64,000 nt of DNA, taken from assembly GCF_009914755.1 (NCBI RefSeq), contig NC_060932.1; one strand, given 5' to 3'. Positions 43,957 to 61,801 of this stretch are shown here, in pieces. The notes beneath the pieces were generated by a model. That model saw nothing but the letters and a program-made list of their open reading frames with translations, made no database searches and was not told the DNA's origin. Positions within the stretch are counted from its first letter, which is position 1; every line of letters starts with the position of its first letter. A program made the translations under genes and the position numbers. Source of the stretch: the human T2T-CHM13v2.0 reference genome, Homo sapiens.

Positions 43957-45376
43957 TACATAATAAAGATTTAAAAAGCAAGCACAAAAAGACAAATACT
44001 GCATGATCTCACTTATATGTGCAATCTCAAACAATGCAACTCATAGCTGTAGAGAGCAGAACGGTGGTTACCCGAGGCAGGGGTCAGGGAGGGACTGGAG
44101 AGATGATAGTCTCATGATACAAAATTTCAGAGAGGAATGGTTCTAGAGATCTATTGAACAGCCTGGCATCTACAGTGTATAAGTATGTATTGTATACTTG
44201 AAAATTGCTATAAGAGTAGATTTTAGACATGTCCTCATCACATTAAAATCAGTATGTGAGGAAACGAGTGTGTTAATTAGCTTGATTTTGTCATTCCACA
44301 ATGTATACACGTATGAAACATCATGTTGTATGCCATAAATATATATAATTTTTATTTGTCAAGTTAAAATTAAAATTCATATAAATTATAAAAATAAAAT
44401 GAAATAACATACACTACAAAAGACGTTTATTTATTAAATCCCCACAGAAGGGGTCTGAGTGATAAAGGAAAATAAAATTCCGGGAACGGTAAAATCAATC
44501 AGAAATGCCCTACTTCAGTGCTTTCCGAAATTTGTCTGACAGAGTGGAAATCCAGTTTTTCACTAAGTCACTGTTCTGGAACAGTTTGTGTGTGTGTATG
44601 TATGTGTGTGAGGGCTCACATACACAAATTGAACTAATGGAAGTGTAAGCATTCAAATTATCAGTTTAATTTAGTTCTATACATATACACACACACACAC
44701 TCACACACCGAAAACATTGATAAAATCAGCCATTCCAGCAAAACTAGCTACTTAGTGTCTATCTCTCCTTGAAGATTCAAACTAGAAATGAGGATTTAGA
44801 GAGGCATGATGGTTCATACTCTCTTGGAGCCCAGTTCGAAGTTGACTGACTGATTCAGTCATTGTAATTGGTTGGTCTTGGGGAAGAATCCACTTTGACT
44901 CTTGGGAAGTCAGCTAGGTCAGCGGACAGAGCAGGGGCTCTGGAGCCAGACTGCCTGCACCCGACTTCTAGCTATGATACCTTGGATAAACTACTTATCA
45001 CCTGGGCTTCAGGTTCCTCATCTGTAAAATGGGGATAAGAATGCTATCTCTCTCACAACTGTTAGGAGGACTGACTGGGTTAATACGTGCAAAGTACCGA
45101 GTACATAAGAAACCAACAGCCAGTGCTCATTACAATCATTATTATTTTGGGCAAGTTAAGCCGCATGGTTTCTTTAGGTATAAAATTAGGCTTTATTTAC
45201 CTACCTGTTGGGTTGTTCCAAGGATTAATCACATAGTGTTCATGAATTCCCTTTATAAAATATTATAGAAAAGAAATATAGTTAACATTAATTGAACACC
45301 TACTATGTGCGATCGTTTTAAGGCTTGCCATGTGCTGCTTCATTCAGTCCGCACCATGACTTTAGGATCACACTTT

Positions 45377-49048
<3,672 letters not shown>

Positions 49049-49612
49049 GATCACACTTTAAAGACCAAAAGGTAGAAGCGCAAAGACGTTATCTGTCCAA
49101 TATTACAAACCTAGTAAGTGGTGGAATTTGGCCTTGAACCCAGATCTGTAACTCCAGAGCCGAAGTGCTTCACCCACCTCCCTGTGGTGCCTCTACAGAA
49201 AAAGAGGTAAGCAGGCATTCCGAAAGCTGGTGGGCCGGGGGGCTGGCCTTGTACTCAGAAGCCATGGAAGTCCCACGTGGGGTGGCTAGTGGTGTAAGGA
49301 CAGAGGTCTCGGATGGGCAGAGGGATGTGGACAGGCGCGAGGGCGCGCGGCAGGGACTCGGGGGACTGGGAGTGGCGGCTCGGGGCTGCGGGAGGCGATT
49401 GGTGGAAGGACAGAGGTCTGGGAGGGGCAGAGGGATGTGGACAGGCCCGAGGGGCCGCGGCAGGGATTCCGGGGGACCGGGAGTGGGGGGTTGGGGTTAC
49501 TCTTGGCTTTTTGCCCTCTCCTGCCGCCGGCTGCTCCAGTTTCTTTCGCTTTGCGGCGAGGTGGGCAGGGTGAGCTCTCGGGACTGATGGCGGTTTTGGA
49601 AGAGGCCTGGGG

Positions 49613-51640
49613 CTAAGGACAGGCCAGGGCGGCGGGAGAGGCGGACCGGTGGCGTGGCTGGATCTGGGCGCGCTGTCGGACCTTCCACATCACCAGCTGC
49701 AGGCAGGCGTTTGCGTCCTCGCTGGAGTTGTGGCCGTCCTGGCTGTCCTGGATGATCTGTGCCAGGTAGTCGGCCGCGAGATTCCTGAGGGAGCGCTTGT
49801 AGGGGAAACCCAGGTAGTGCGGGAAGAGCACGGCCGTGTCCACCACGGTGCTGTGGATGAGCTTCAGGGCCAGCAGGTCGCTCTCCAGGCTGTGCCCGAT
49901 GAGGATGGTTTGGGCGCTGAAAAAGCTCAGCAGGATGGCTTGGACTTGGGGCAACGTGATGCTCGTCTTGGCGACGTCGGCCTCGGTGACTCCGGAAAAC
50001 CTGGTGTTGTAGTCCACGATCTCGTTGTCGGGCTTGACGAAGGTGTCGTACACCACTCGCATGTCGGCGTCCACCACGGTGACGCGGGTCAGCTCTAGGC
50101 CATGCGTGGTGTAGCACATCTCACAGTCCAAGGCGTAGATTCCTGGATAAGCGTCTCTGGACAACTCTTTCTTGAAGGTCTCCACGAAGCCATCGAGGCT
50201 CTCCTTGCGGCCGTCCCGCACGTGCTGCTTTGCCACCTGGCAGCCCACAGAGCCAGGAGCAGCTGCACAGCAGGTGTACTGGCTAACCCGGCCTCCAGCC
50301 ACCTGGCTCGAGCGGACCCGCCCCCAGTGATAATAACACAACTGGTCGCGTACACAGCGGCCCGAGGAGGACACCAGGTACTCGGTGCCACAACGGCAGC
50401 AGACCCTGCAGGAGGAGTCGCCGGGCCCCTTCCCCTGGCCAGTGAAGAGGACGGCGCCTCCGGGCCGCTCGGGGTGCGGGAAGGGGTAGCCGTTCTCCTT
50501 GAGCTGGTCCTGGGTGAGCAGGAACTCCTGGAGGCGGCTGTACAGGGCGGCCCTGCTGAGGCCGGGCATGGAGCTGGGGGTCAGGCCCTTCAGTCTCTTG
50601 AGGGTGTTCAGGACCACGTTCAGGTACCTGTTCTTGTTGGGGCTGCAGTCGTAGGCCACCTTCTCCTCGTTCAGCGCCTTCTCCTCGGCCTCCTGCTTGG
50701 AGGCGCAGAACTTGAGACACTCTTCGGTGAACAGTTGGAGATAGCCTCGGCGGAGGACGGTGGGGACTTGGCACCCAGAGCTTCGGAGGATAATGGGTTT
50801 CTTCAAACTCAAACTCGGTAAGGATGCACGACGGACGATTCGCTTAGAGCTGGTGGTGGCGGTGGTCTTGCATGCCATCCCTGACCTGTTGCGCGTCTTC
50901 CCTGGCTGTCTGCCGACCTTGGAGCCACGGGAGCGTTGGCTGCTGCTGGCCACCCGGGTTCTCTTGGCATCTGTGTAACCTGTGACCAAGCAAGGGCTGG
51001 AAGAGTGGGCGATCGTCTTCCTCTTCCTGGGGGCTGAGATGCGGACTCCCGAGGGCCTCTCTGTCAGCCTTGGGGCGGCTGGCAAGCGGCAGGCCGATCC
51101 CCTCTGCGCAGGGAAGTAGCACGACTCCGTCACCATCTTGGGCCACGCTGGGGGCACCGCCGGACCCCTGTTCTGGGGCTCCGCCTGGATGTCCACAAAT
51201 GCTGAGGCCTGCTTGTGCATCTGGGGCACCCAGAGCCCGAAGCTCTGGGCAGGCTGATGAGAGGGCAGTGGGAATTCTGGAGCCTCGAGGGCCGCCTCCT
51301 CGGCCACCTTCTTAGCTTCTGGGTATCCAGGTGGGAACCAGCAGGGAGCTGTGGCTCGCAACATCTTGCTGCCTTCGGGAGCACCGGCCGGGCTCTGCTC
51401 CGCTCCCAAATGGCGGCTTGCCTCCGGGGCCGCCTCCTTGGCCACCTTCTTAGCTTCTGGGTATCCAGGGCGGAACCAGCAGGGAGCTGTGGCTCGCAAC
51501 ATCTTGCTGCCTTCGGGAGCACCGGCCTGGCTCTGCTCCCCTCCCAAATGGCGGCTTGCCTCCAGGGCCGCCTCCTCGGCCACCTTCTTAGCTTCTGGGT
51601 ATCCAGGGGGGAACCAGCAGGGAGCTGTGGCTCGCAACAT
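49613..51640 (-). CDS. REXO1L1: REXO1-like exonuclease, copy 5 (675 aa)
   Basis: Translation identical to copy 1. Confidence 0.9.
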   Translation of the reverse strand: MLRATAPCWFPPGYPEAKKVAEEAALEASRHLGGEQSQAGAPEGSKMLRATAPCWFRPGYPEAKKVAKEAAPEASRHLGAEQSPAGAPEGSKMLRATAPCWFPPGYPEAKKVAEEAALEAPEFPLPSHQPAQSFGLWVPQMHKQASAFVDIQAEPQNRGPAVPPAWPKMVTESCYFPAQRGSACRLPAAPRLTERPSGVRISAPRKRKTIAHSSSPCLVTGYTDAKRTRVASSSQRSRGSKVGRQPGKTRNRSGMACKTTATTSSKRIVRRASLPSLSLKKPIILRSSGCQVPTVLRRGYLQLFTEECLKFCASKQEAEEKALNEEKVAYDCSPNKNRYLNVVLNTLKRLKGLTPSSMPGLSRAALYSRLQEFLLTQDQLKENGYPFPHPERPGGAVLFTGQGKGPGDSSCRVCCRCGTEYLVSSSGRCVRDQLCYYHWGRVRSSQVAGGRVSQYTCCAAAPGSVGCQVAKQHVRDGRKESLDGFVETFKKELSRDAYPGIYALDCEMCYTTHGLELTRVTVVDADMRVVYDTFVKPDNEIVDYNTRFSGVTEADVAKTSITLPQVQAILLSFFSAQTILIGHSLESDLLALKLIHSTVVDTAVLFPHYLGFPYKRSLRNLAADYLAQIIQDSQDGHNSSEDANACLQLVMWKVRQRAQIQPRHRSASPAALACP

Positions 51641-51696
51641 CTTGCTGCCTTCGGGAGCACCGGCCTGGCTCTGCTCCTCTCCCAACTGGCGGCTTC

Positions 51697-51857
51697 AATG
51701 AGTGCTGCGGCCGCCACTTGTCGCCTTTATATAGGCACAGGGCAGACTGGGTGGGACTTCTCCTTGATAGGTTGGTGCTTCAGTCCAATCACACTGAGCC
51801 TCATCTTCCACCAGACTCCAGCTTGGGAATGCCTCAGGGGGTGCGCTAATGGAATCA
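51697..51857 (-). promoter_or_regulatory. Putative promoter, copy 5
   Basis: Reverse complement of 3789-3949. Confidence 0.7.
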
Positions 51858-52178
51858 ACTGGAACTCCCGGTTGCTAAACTTGGAGCTAGGTTGCTTTTC
51901 CTGAGTTAAGTAACTGTCCCTGCAGGGCAGTCCTATAATGGCTACTGGAATTGGGCTACCTAGGATTAAATTAAGGTTCAGGGAGGTTGGTCAACTTGCT
52001 TGGGCCCACACAGCACCCCTTGGAGCCAGGACTGGGCCAGCAGTCTGCTGCATGCTGGAGGGCGGGATCCCTCTGGGGCTGCCTTTCCCTGCTCTGTGCA
52101 CTCCGCCGCTGCGGGCAAATTGAGGACAGGAAGCGGACCGCACCCACTTCTCTCCCAGGACTTGGGCAATGTTCAACA

Positions 52179-52986
52179 CAGGTGGTCTTCCAAAGGTTCA
52201 TAGAAAATGCACATGGTGAAGAAACGATGCATGGATTTCCACTGGTTTGCACTAAAATAAACTTGTCCTAACTTCTGATAACCTTTCTGAACTAGATCTA
52301 GTTTGAGGCACTAAGAAGGATGAGACATCCACTGAAAAGGACTCCCGTCAGAGCAACATGAATTCCACGAAAATTGCAGCAAGAGGAAACATCAAATTTA
52401 TGGTGAAGCTTGGGTGGAAGATTGAAGAAATCATTGACGTTTTAAGAAAAGCTTGCAAGGACACTACCCCAAAGAAATGAACTCTTTACGAATGTATAGC
52501 TTGTTTCAAGAAGAGGTGAGAAGATGTGGAAGATGAATCCTTCAGTGGCTGTGAAAACCACTGTGCCCAGATCAGCTGCAGTTACGACGAGAGCTATCAG
52601 TGGAAATTTTAAACAGGAGGGATCACGATCCTGACGCATCCCTCTGACAAATTGTAAGCGGAAGTTGGAACATGGCTTCACCAATATGATCTCCAAGGCA
52701 AAGCATCATGAAAGCGATGGCTACCAAGAGGTGGCAGTGGTCCAGTCAAAGGAAAAGGAGGCCAGTCAGGAGCCCACATCATGGCATCAGTGTTTTGGGA
52801 CACTCAAGGCATTTTGCTTGTTGACTTTCTGAAAGGCCAAACATCTGCTTATTAGGAGAGTGTTCTGAGAAGCTTAGATAAAGCTTTGGTAGAAACATGC
52901 TGGGAAAGTCTCACTAGATCCTTGTTCACCACATCAATGCTCTGCTCATTCCTCTCATCAAACAAGGGCAATTTTGTCAGTTTCAA
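52179..52986 (+). mobile_element. HSMAR2 remnant, copy 5
   Basis: Inverted unit copy. Confidence 0.85.
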
Positions 52987-55900
52987 TGGGCAGTCCTTAG
53001 GAATTCACCTTACGGGCTGCTTTCATTCCTTCTAAATTCTTTTTGTTTCCTAATGATAAAAAGTCTCCTTGCCTTGCTTGGAAAGATGAGAGAAAGTCTC
53101 CTTGCCTTGTTTGGACAGATGAGAGATGAGATCCTCCTCTTCTCTCCCAGGACAGAATGGTGAGACTTGAGTTTCCTTTCTCCTCACTCTTCTCCTCCTT
53201 GAGGGAGCTGCTGTGCCGGACAGACCTGCCCCCGTGTCTAGACACTGGTAGACTCGTTTAAGTTCCTCACAGGCAATCCTCCATGGGGTCAAAGTGGAAG
53301 GACTTATTTCTTCAGGGCTCAGTAGTCCACATCCTGGCGCGCACCTTCACCAGCCCAGGGCGGGGTAGAGGAGGGTGAAAGGGCGTGGCTCAGAGCCCGC
53401 TTCTTCCGCTCGGGCGTATCCTGGGAGGAACCCTTGTCCGGTGAGCATGTCTTCGTCTCTACCAAATTCCCTAGTGGGACATTTCTGGCAGCCCTACTTG
53501 TTCAGCAGCTTACGGGGGTCAGGTGGACCTCTGCTAGTCACCAGCCTGAAGCCCTTTCTCCATTTCAGCTATTTTGGCAGTTGCCTAGGTGACTTTTGAA
53601 CCTCATTATCCAGAACAGCAAACGGACGAGGGGTGAGAAGAGTGGCCGTCTGGGTTTGCAGCATAGTGCTGCCTTCTAGGAGTTGTGCAGTCTTCGAATG
53701 TGTGAAACTTCACCTGGCTGATTTGTGGCAATGCCTCCACAAAATCGCTAAATTCAGTAGCTTTGGCCTTCCAAGATTCATTTACACAATGTTGAATGCT
53801 TTAAATGAATGAGCATGAAGAGTGCTGGGCTGGAAAGTGATGAGATGGGTGGTAGGGACTCCTCGGAGTAGAGGAGTAGAGTTTTACTATTATGACTAGG
53901 AGGCAAATAAAAAGAAGCTGAACGTGATCCATAATAAAAGAAGCACACACTCACAGAGCTCCATACCAACTACATTAAAATGGAAATCATGATATTTGGA
54001 AATACAACTTAATTGGAAATCATTAAGTAATCTCATCAACCTTTTTACAGTGGGTGGCAGGGCTATGGAGGGAAAACAGCAATGGTTCTGGCACCTACTT
54101 AACTTGATTCCATTAAATTCACCCAACAGGCCTCCAGAGAACATATTACTGCTTTGATATTACAAAGGGAAAAACAGCTATGGCGTCTCTGAAAAGCACA
54201 ACGTGCTAGGACTGGAATGACTTTAAAACCACACATAAATTTCTGAGAGATTTTTGCCGTAAGGTACCATCCACCTTACTGTAAACCACATCCTAAAATT
54301 GTCTGCAGTGCAAATGGATTATGTGCATCCAACAGGAAACAGCATAGGTTGAGAAGCTGTTACTTAATAGCTTCATTGTCACCACGAGTGTAAAGTGTGG
54401 GGTCTCATCACTTTTGCACCCACGTTTTGCCTGTTGGTTTCTCCACACTGTCAGGAGCATTTGACCAACTCACTGTGGCTCAGGGTCCCTTACGCAGCCT
54501 GTTGGGGAAACCAGTGGGTATTGAAGACCTGCCTCTGGTGTGCCAGGAGGTTGTGCCTGCCGGCCACTCTGACTTGCGATCTTCCGCCTCAGTGTATGGC
54601 TTCCTACACCTGGGTAATTAACATAGCCAGCATGATAAGGAGGTCCTTTCATCACTATTGCCACTAGTCCTTCCGACTCCTGTGCCCTGTTTCTCCTTTA
54701 TTGGAACCCAAGAACGAGTAAACATAGCATTTTCAAACATCCCGCCCCCTTCCCTGGTAACACCAATATTCCACCATCCTAATTCCCTCACAAGCATTCA
54801 GTCTCTCCACCCTGAGGTGGTGAAATCCCTGCAGGCATTTATAAGTATACCTGGACAGAAGAAATACAAGATACCGTTCTATTAACTCAATATAGTGTTG
54901 CTAAGTTCGTACTTTTGCTTGGTTTATTTTATTTTATAAATAGGTATCACTCGCATGGTTCCAAATGCGATAGGCACAGAGAGTATATATGATGGAATTA
55001 CATCCTCCTTCCCTGCACTCAGCAACCGAGATCTTCCCGCTACGGGCACTCAAAGGTTTCATTGTCTGAAATATCAGCCTAAACGTAGTTTATGTTTAGG
55101 AAGCAACAACCGTAAATGGGCCCACATCCAAACGGAGTGGATTTAGGTTTCACTTTTTCAAGGAAAAACCATCAAAGAATTTTTCCACATACTTATAAAG
55201 CATCCCACGTATAGAATCCATTTTTACTGACACAAATTTAGTACCAATAAACGACTCTTCTTCTCAATTTGTTTTATTTAACAATAAGTCTTGAACGTCA
55301 TTCCCAGTTAACATTTTGAAGAGTTTCCTCTCTTTCGTTCTGTTTTAGCTGCAAAGTATTCTTCCGTAAGGATGAACGTACTATAATTTATTAGCCAGCC
55401 ACTTAGTGATGTACAATTAAGCAGTTTTAAATCTTTGACTCTTGAAAATATTGTTTCTCACACATAAATATTTCTATAAAATAAATTAGTTGAATTAGAA
55501 TTGTTGGAGTTCAAGACCAGCCTGGCCAACATGGTGAAACCCCATCTCTACTAGAAACACAAAATTAGCCGGACATGCCGGTACATGCCTCTAATCTCAG
55601 GTGAGGCAGGAGAATCACTTCAACCTGGGAGGCAGAGGTTGTAGTGACTCGAAATCACGCCACTGCACTCCAGCCTGGGCGACGCGAGCGAAACTCTGTC
55701 TCAAAAAACCAAAAAAAATTAAACATAAAAAGAAAAGCGGTACATATACCCAATAGAACACAATTCAGCCTTAAAAAAGAAAGAAATCATCTCATTGGCA
55801 ACACGAATGAGCCTAGAGGATGGTACACTGAGTGAAAGAAAGCAAAGGCCAGGCACGGTGGCTCATGCCTGTAATCCCAGTACTTTGGGAGGCCAAGGCA

Positions 55901-57565
55901 GGTGGAAGCGTTGAGCCCAGGAGTTGGAGATGAACCTGGGCAACATGGTGAAACCCCATCTCTAAAAGAAACACAAAAATTAGCCAAGTGTGGCGTTGGA
56001 AGCCTGTAGTCCTAGCTATTCAGGAGGCTGAAGCGGGAGGAACTCTCGACCCCGGGAGGTGGAGGCCGTGGTGAGTGAGCCGTGTTTGTGTCACTGTACT
56101 CCAGCCTGGGTGACAGACTGAGACCCTGTCTCAAAAAATAAATAATTACATAATAAAGATTTAAAAAGCAAGCACAAAAAGACAAATACTGCATGATCTC
56201 ACTTATATGTGCAATCTCAAACAATGCAACTCATAGCTGTAGAGAGCAGAACGGTGGTTACCCGAGGCAGGGGTCAGGGAGGGACTGGAGAGATGATAGT
56301 CTCATGATACAAAATTTCAGAGAGGAATGGTTCTAGAGATCTATTGAACAGCCTGGCATCTACAGTGTATAAGTATGTATTGTATACTTGAAAATTGCTA
56401 TAAGAGTAGATTTTAGACATGTCCTCATCACATTAAAATCAGTATGTGAGGAAACGAGTGTGTTAATTAGCTTGATTTTGTCATTCCACAATGTATACAC
56501 ATATGAAACATCATGTTGTATGCCATAAATATATATAATTTTTATTTGTCAAGTTAAAATTAAAATTCATATAAATTATAAAAATAAAATGAAACAACAT
56601 ACACTACAAAAGACTTTTATTTATTAAATCCCCACAGAAGGGGTCAGAGTGATAAAGGAAAATAAAATTCCGGGAACGGTAAAATCAATCAGAAATGCCC
56701 TACTTCAGTGCTTTCGAAATTTGTCTGACAGAGTGGAAATCCAGTTTTTCACTAAGTCACTGTTCTGGAACAGTTTGTGTGTGTGTATGTATGTGTGTGA
56801 GGGCTCACATACACAAATTGAACTAATGGAAGTGTAAGCATTCAAATTATCAGTTTAATTTAGTTCTATACATATACACACACACACACTCACACACCGA
56901 AAACATTGATAAAATCAGCCATTCCAGCAAAACTAGCTACTTAGTGTCTATCTCTCCTTGAAGATTCAAACTAGAAATGAGGATTTAGAGAGGCATGATG
57001 GTTCGTTCTCTCTTGGAGCCCAGTTCGAAGTTGACTGACTGATTCAGTCATTGTAATTGGTTGGTCTTGGGGAAGAATCCACTTTGACTCTTGGGAAGTC
57101 AGCTAGGTCAGCGGACAGAGCAGGGGCTCTGGAGCCAGACTGCCTGCACCCGACTTCTAGCTATGATACCTTGGAAAAACTACTTATCACCTGGACTTCA
57201 GGTTCCTCATCTGTAAAATGGGGATAAGAATGCTATCTCTCTCACAACTGTTAGGAGGACTGACTGGGTTAATACGTGCAAAGTACCAAGTACATAAGAA
57301 ACCAACAGCCAGTGCTCATTACAATCATTATTATTTTGGGCAAGTTAAGCCGCATGGTTTCTTTAGGTATAAAATTAGGCTTTATTTACCTACCTGTTGG
57401 GTTGTTCCAAGGATTAATCACATAGTGTTCATGAATTCCCTTTATAAACTATTATAGAAAAGAAATATAGTTAACATTAATTGAACACCTACTATGTGCG
57501 ATCGTTTTAAGGCTTGCCATGTGCTGCTTCATTCAGTCCGCACCATGACATTAGGATCACACTTT

Positions 57566-60500
57566 CGTTTTCCATTTTTTTTTAAATTATACTTTAATTA
57601 CTAGGGCACATGTGCACAACGTGCAGGTTTATTACGTATGTAAGCACGTGCCATGTTGGTGTGCTGCACCCATTCACTAGTCATTTACATTAGGTATATC
57701 TCTTAATGTTATCCCTCCCCCTCCCCCCGCCCATGACAGGCCCCGGTGTGTGATGTTCCCCTTTCTGCGTCCAAGTGTTCTCCTAGTTCAATTCCCACCT
57801 ATGAGTGGGATCACGCGGTGTTTGGTTTTTTTGTCTTTGCGATAGTTTGCTAAGAATGATGGTTTCCAGCTTCATCCGTGTCCCTCCGAAGGGCATGAAC
57901 ACATGCTTTTTTATGGCTGCATAGTATTCCACGGTGTATTTGTGCCACGTTTCCTTAATCCAGTCTATCATTGATGGACATCTGGGCTGGTTCCAAGTCT
58001 TTGCTACTGTGAACGGTGCCGCAATAAACATGCGTCTGCGTGTGTCCTTTTAGCAGCATGATTTATAGTCCTATGGGTGTATACCCAGTAATGGGACGGC
58101 TGGGTCAAATGGTATTTCTAATTCTAGATCCTTGAGGATTCGCCACACTATCTTCCACAACCGCTGAACTGGTTTACAGTCCCACCAGCAGTGTAAAAGT
58201 GTTCCTATTTCTCCACTACCTCTCCAGCACCTGTTGTTTCCTGACTTTTTTATTGATCGCTATTCTAACTGGTGTGAGACGATATCTCTTTGCGGATTTG
58301 ATTTGCATTTCTCTGATGACCAGTGTTGATGGGCATTTTTTCATGTGTCTGTTGGCTGCATAAATGTCTTCTTTTTAGAAGTGTCTCTTCATATCCTTCC
58401 CGCACTTGTTGATGGGGTTGTTTGGTTTTTCTTGTAACTCTGTTTGAGTTCTTAGTAGATTCTGGATATTAGCCCTTTGTCAGATGAGTAGATTGCAAAA
58501 ATTTTCTCCCTTTCTGTAGCATGCCTGTTCACTCTGATGGGAGTTTCTTTAGCTGTGCAGAAACTCTTTAGTGTAATTAGATGCCGTTTGTCAATATTGG
58601 CTTTTGTTGCCTTTGCTTTTGGCGTTTTAGACATGAGGTCCTTGCCCATGCCTGTGTCCTGAATGGTATTGCCTAGGTTTTCTCCTAGGGTTTGTATGGC
58701 TTAAGATGTAACATTTAAGTCTGTCATCCGTCTTGAATAAACTTTTGCATAAGGTGTAAGGAAGGGATCCAATTTCACCTTCGGACATATGGCTAGCCAG
58801 TTTTCCCAGCACCATTTATTAAATAGGGAATCCTTTCCCCATTTCTTGTTTTTGTCAGGTTTGTCAAAGATCCGACGGTTGTAGATGTGTCGTATTATTT
58901 CTGAGGGCTCTATTCTGTTCCATTGGTCTACAGTAACCAAAAAGGCAACCAACAGCATGCTGTTTGGTTACTGTAGGCTTGTAGTGTAGTTTGAAGTCGG
59001 GTAGCTTGATGCCTCCACCTTTGTTCTTTTGGCTTAGGATTATCTTGGCAGTGGGGGCCCTTTTGTGGTTCCATGTAAACTTTCAAGTAGTTTTTTCCAA
59101 TTCTGTGAAGAAAGTCCTTGGTAGCTTGATGGGGATGGCATTGGATCTATAATATACCTTGGGCAGTATGGCCATTTTCACGATACTGATTCTTCCTAAC
59201 CGTGAGCATGGAATATTCTTCCATTGGTTTGTGTCCTCTTTTATTTCGTGGAGCAGTGGTTTGTAGTTCTCCTTGAAGAGGTCCTTCGCACATCGCATCC
59301 CTTGTTAGTTGGATTCCTCAGTATTTTATTCTCTTTGAAGCAATTGTGAATGGGAGCTCAGTCATGATTTGGCTCTCTGTTTGCCTGTTATTGGTGTATG
59401 AGAATGCTTGTGTTTTTTGCACATCGATTTTGTATCCTGAGACTTTGCTGAAGTTGCTTATCAGCTTAAGGAGATTTTGGGCTGAGACGCTGGGGTTTTC
59501 TAAATATTCAATCATGTCATCTACAAACAGGGACAATTTGACTTCCTCTTTTCCTAATTGATTACTCTTTATTTCTTTCTCCTGCCTGATTGCCCTGGCC
59601 AGAAGTTCCAACACCATGTTGAATAGGAGTGGTGAGAGAGGGCACCCCTGTCTTGTGGCAGTTTGCAAAGGGAATGCTTCCACTTTTTGCCCATTCAGTA
59701 TAATATTGGCTGTGGGTTTGCCCTAAATAGCCCTTATTATTTTGAGGTATGTCCCATCAGTACCTAATTTATTGAGAGTTTTTGGCATGAAAGGCTGTTG
59801 AATTTTGTCAAAGGCCTTTTCTGCATCTGTTGAGATAATCACGCGGTTTCTGTCTTTGGTTCCGATTATATGCTGGATTATGTTTATTGATTTGCATATG
59901 TTGGACCAGCCTTGCATGTCAGGGATGAAGCCCACTTGATCATAATGGATAAGCTCTTTGATGTGCTGCTGGATTCGGTTTGCCAGCATTTTATGGAGGA
60001 TTTTTCCATCGGTGTTCCTCAGGGATATGGGCCGAAAATTCTCTTTGTTGGTTGTGTCTCTCTCAGCCTTTGGGATCAGGATGATGCTGGCCTCATAAAA
60101 TGAGATAGGGAGGATTCCCTCTTTTTCTGTTGATTGGAATAGTTTCCGAAGGAATGGTACCAGCTCCTCCTTGTACTTCTGGTAGAATTCGGCTGTGAAT
60201 CCGTCTGGTCCTGGAGTTTTATTGCTTGATAGGCTATTAATTATTGCCTCAATTTCAGAGCCTGTTATTGGTCTATTCAGGCATTCAACTTCTTCCTGGT
60301 TTACTCTGGGGAGGTTGCATGTGTCCAGGAATTTATTCATTTCTTCTAGATTTCCGAGTTTGTTTGCCTAGAGGTGTTGACAGTATTCTCTCATGGTAGT
60401 TTGTACTTCTGTGGGATCAGTGGTGATATCCCCTTTATCATTTTTTATTGCATCTGCTTGATTCTTCTTCCTTTCATTCTTTAATAGTCTTGCTAGTGGT

Positions 60501-61237
60501 CTATCAATTTTGTTGATGGTTTCAAAAAACCCGCTCCTGGATTCATTGATTTTTTGAAGGGTTTTTTGGGTCTCTATCTCCTTCAGTTCTGCTCGGATCT
60601 TAGTTATTTCTTGCCTTCTGCTAGCTTTTGAATGTGTTTGCTCTTGCTTCTCTCATCCTTTTAATGGTGATGTTAGGGTATGCATTTTTGATCTTTCCTG
60701 CTTTCCCTTGTGGGCATTTAGTGCTATAAATTTCCCTCTACACACTGCTTTAAATGTGTCCCAGAGATTCTGGTATGTTGTGTCTTTGTTCTCATTGCTT
60801 TCAGAGAATATCTTTATTTCTGCCTTCATTTCGTTATGTACCCAGTACTCATTCAGGAGCAGCTTGTCCGGTTTCCATGCAGTTGTGCGGTTTTGAGTGA
60901 GTTTCTCAATCCTGAGGTCTAGTGTGATTGCAATGTGGTCTGAGAGACCGTTTGTAATAATTTCTGTAATTTTACTTTTACTGAGGAGTGCTTTACTTCC
61001 AACTATGTGGTCAATGTGGAAATAAGTGTGATGTGGTGCTGAGAAGAATGTATATTCTGTTGATTTGGGGTGGAGCGTTCTGTACATGTCTCCTAGGTCC
61101 GCTTGGTGCAGAGCTGAGCTCAATTCCCGGATATCCTTTTTTAACTTTCTGTCTCGTTGGTGTGTCTAATGTTGACAGTGGGGTGTTAAGTTTGCCATTA
61201 TTATTATTATTACTATGTGGGAGTCTAAGTCTCTTTT
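57566..61237 (-). mobile_element. L1PA, copy 6
   Basis: Inverted unit copy. Confidence 0.95.
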
Positions 61238-61801
61238 GATCACACTTTAAAGACCAAAAGGTAGAAGCGCAAAGACGTTATCTGTCCAATATTACAAACC
61301 TAGTAAGTGGTGGAATTTGGCCTTGAACCCAGATCTGTAACTCCAGAGCCGAAGTGCTTCACCCACCTCCCTGTGGTGCCTCTACAGAAAAAGAGGTAAG
61401 CAGGCATTCCGAAAGCTGGTGGGCCGGGGGGCTGGCCTTGTACTCAGAAGCCATGGAAGTCCCACGTGGGGTGGCTAGTGGTGTAAGGACAGAGGTCTCG
61501 GATGGGCAGAGGGATGTGGACAGGCGCGAGGGCGCGCGGCAGGGACTCGGGGGACTGGGAGTGGCGGCTCGGGGCTGCGGGAGGCGATTGGTGGAAGGAC
61601 AGAGGTCTGGGAGGGGCAGAGGGATGTGGACAGGCCCGAGGGGCCGCGGCAGGGATTCCGGGGGACCGGGAGTGGGGGGTTGGGGTTACTCTTGGCTTTT
61701 TGCCCTCTCCTGCCGCCGGCTGCTCCAGTTTCTTTCGCTTTGCGGCGAGGTGGGCAGGGTGAGCTCTCGGGACTGATGGCGGTTTTGGAAGAGGCCTGGG
61801 G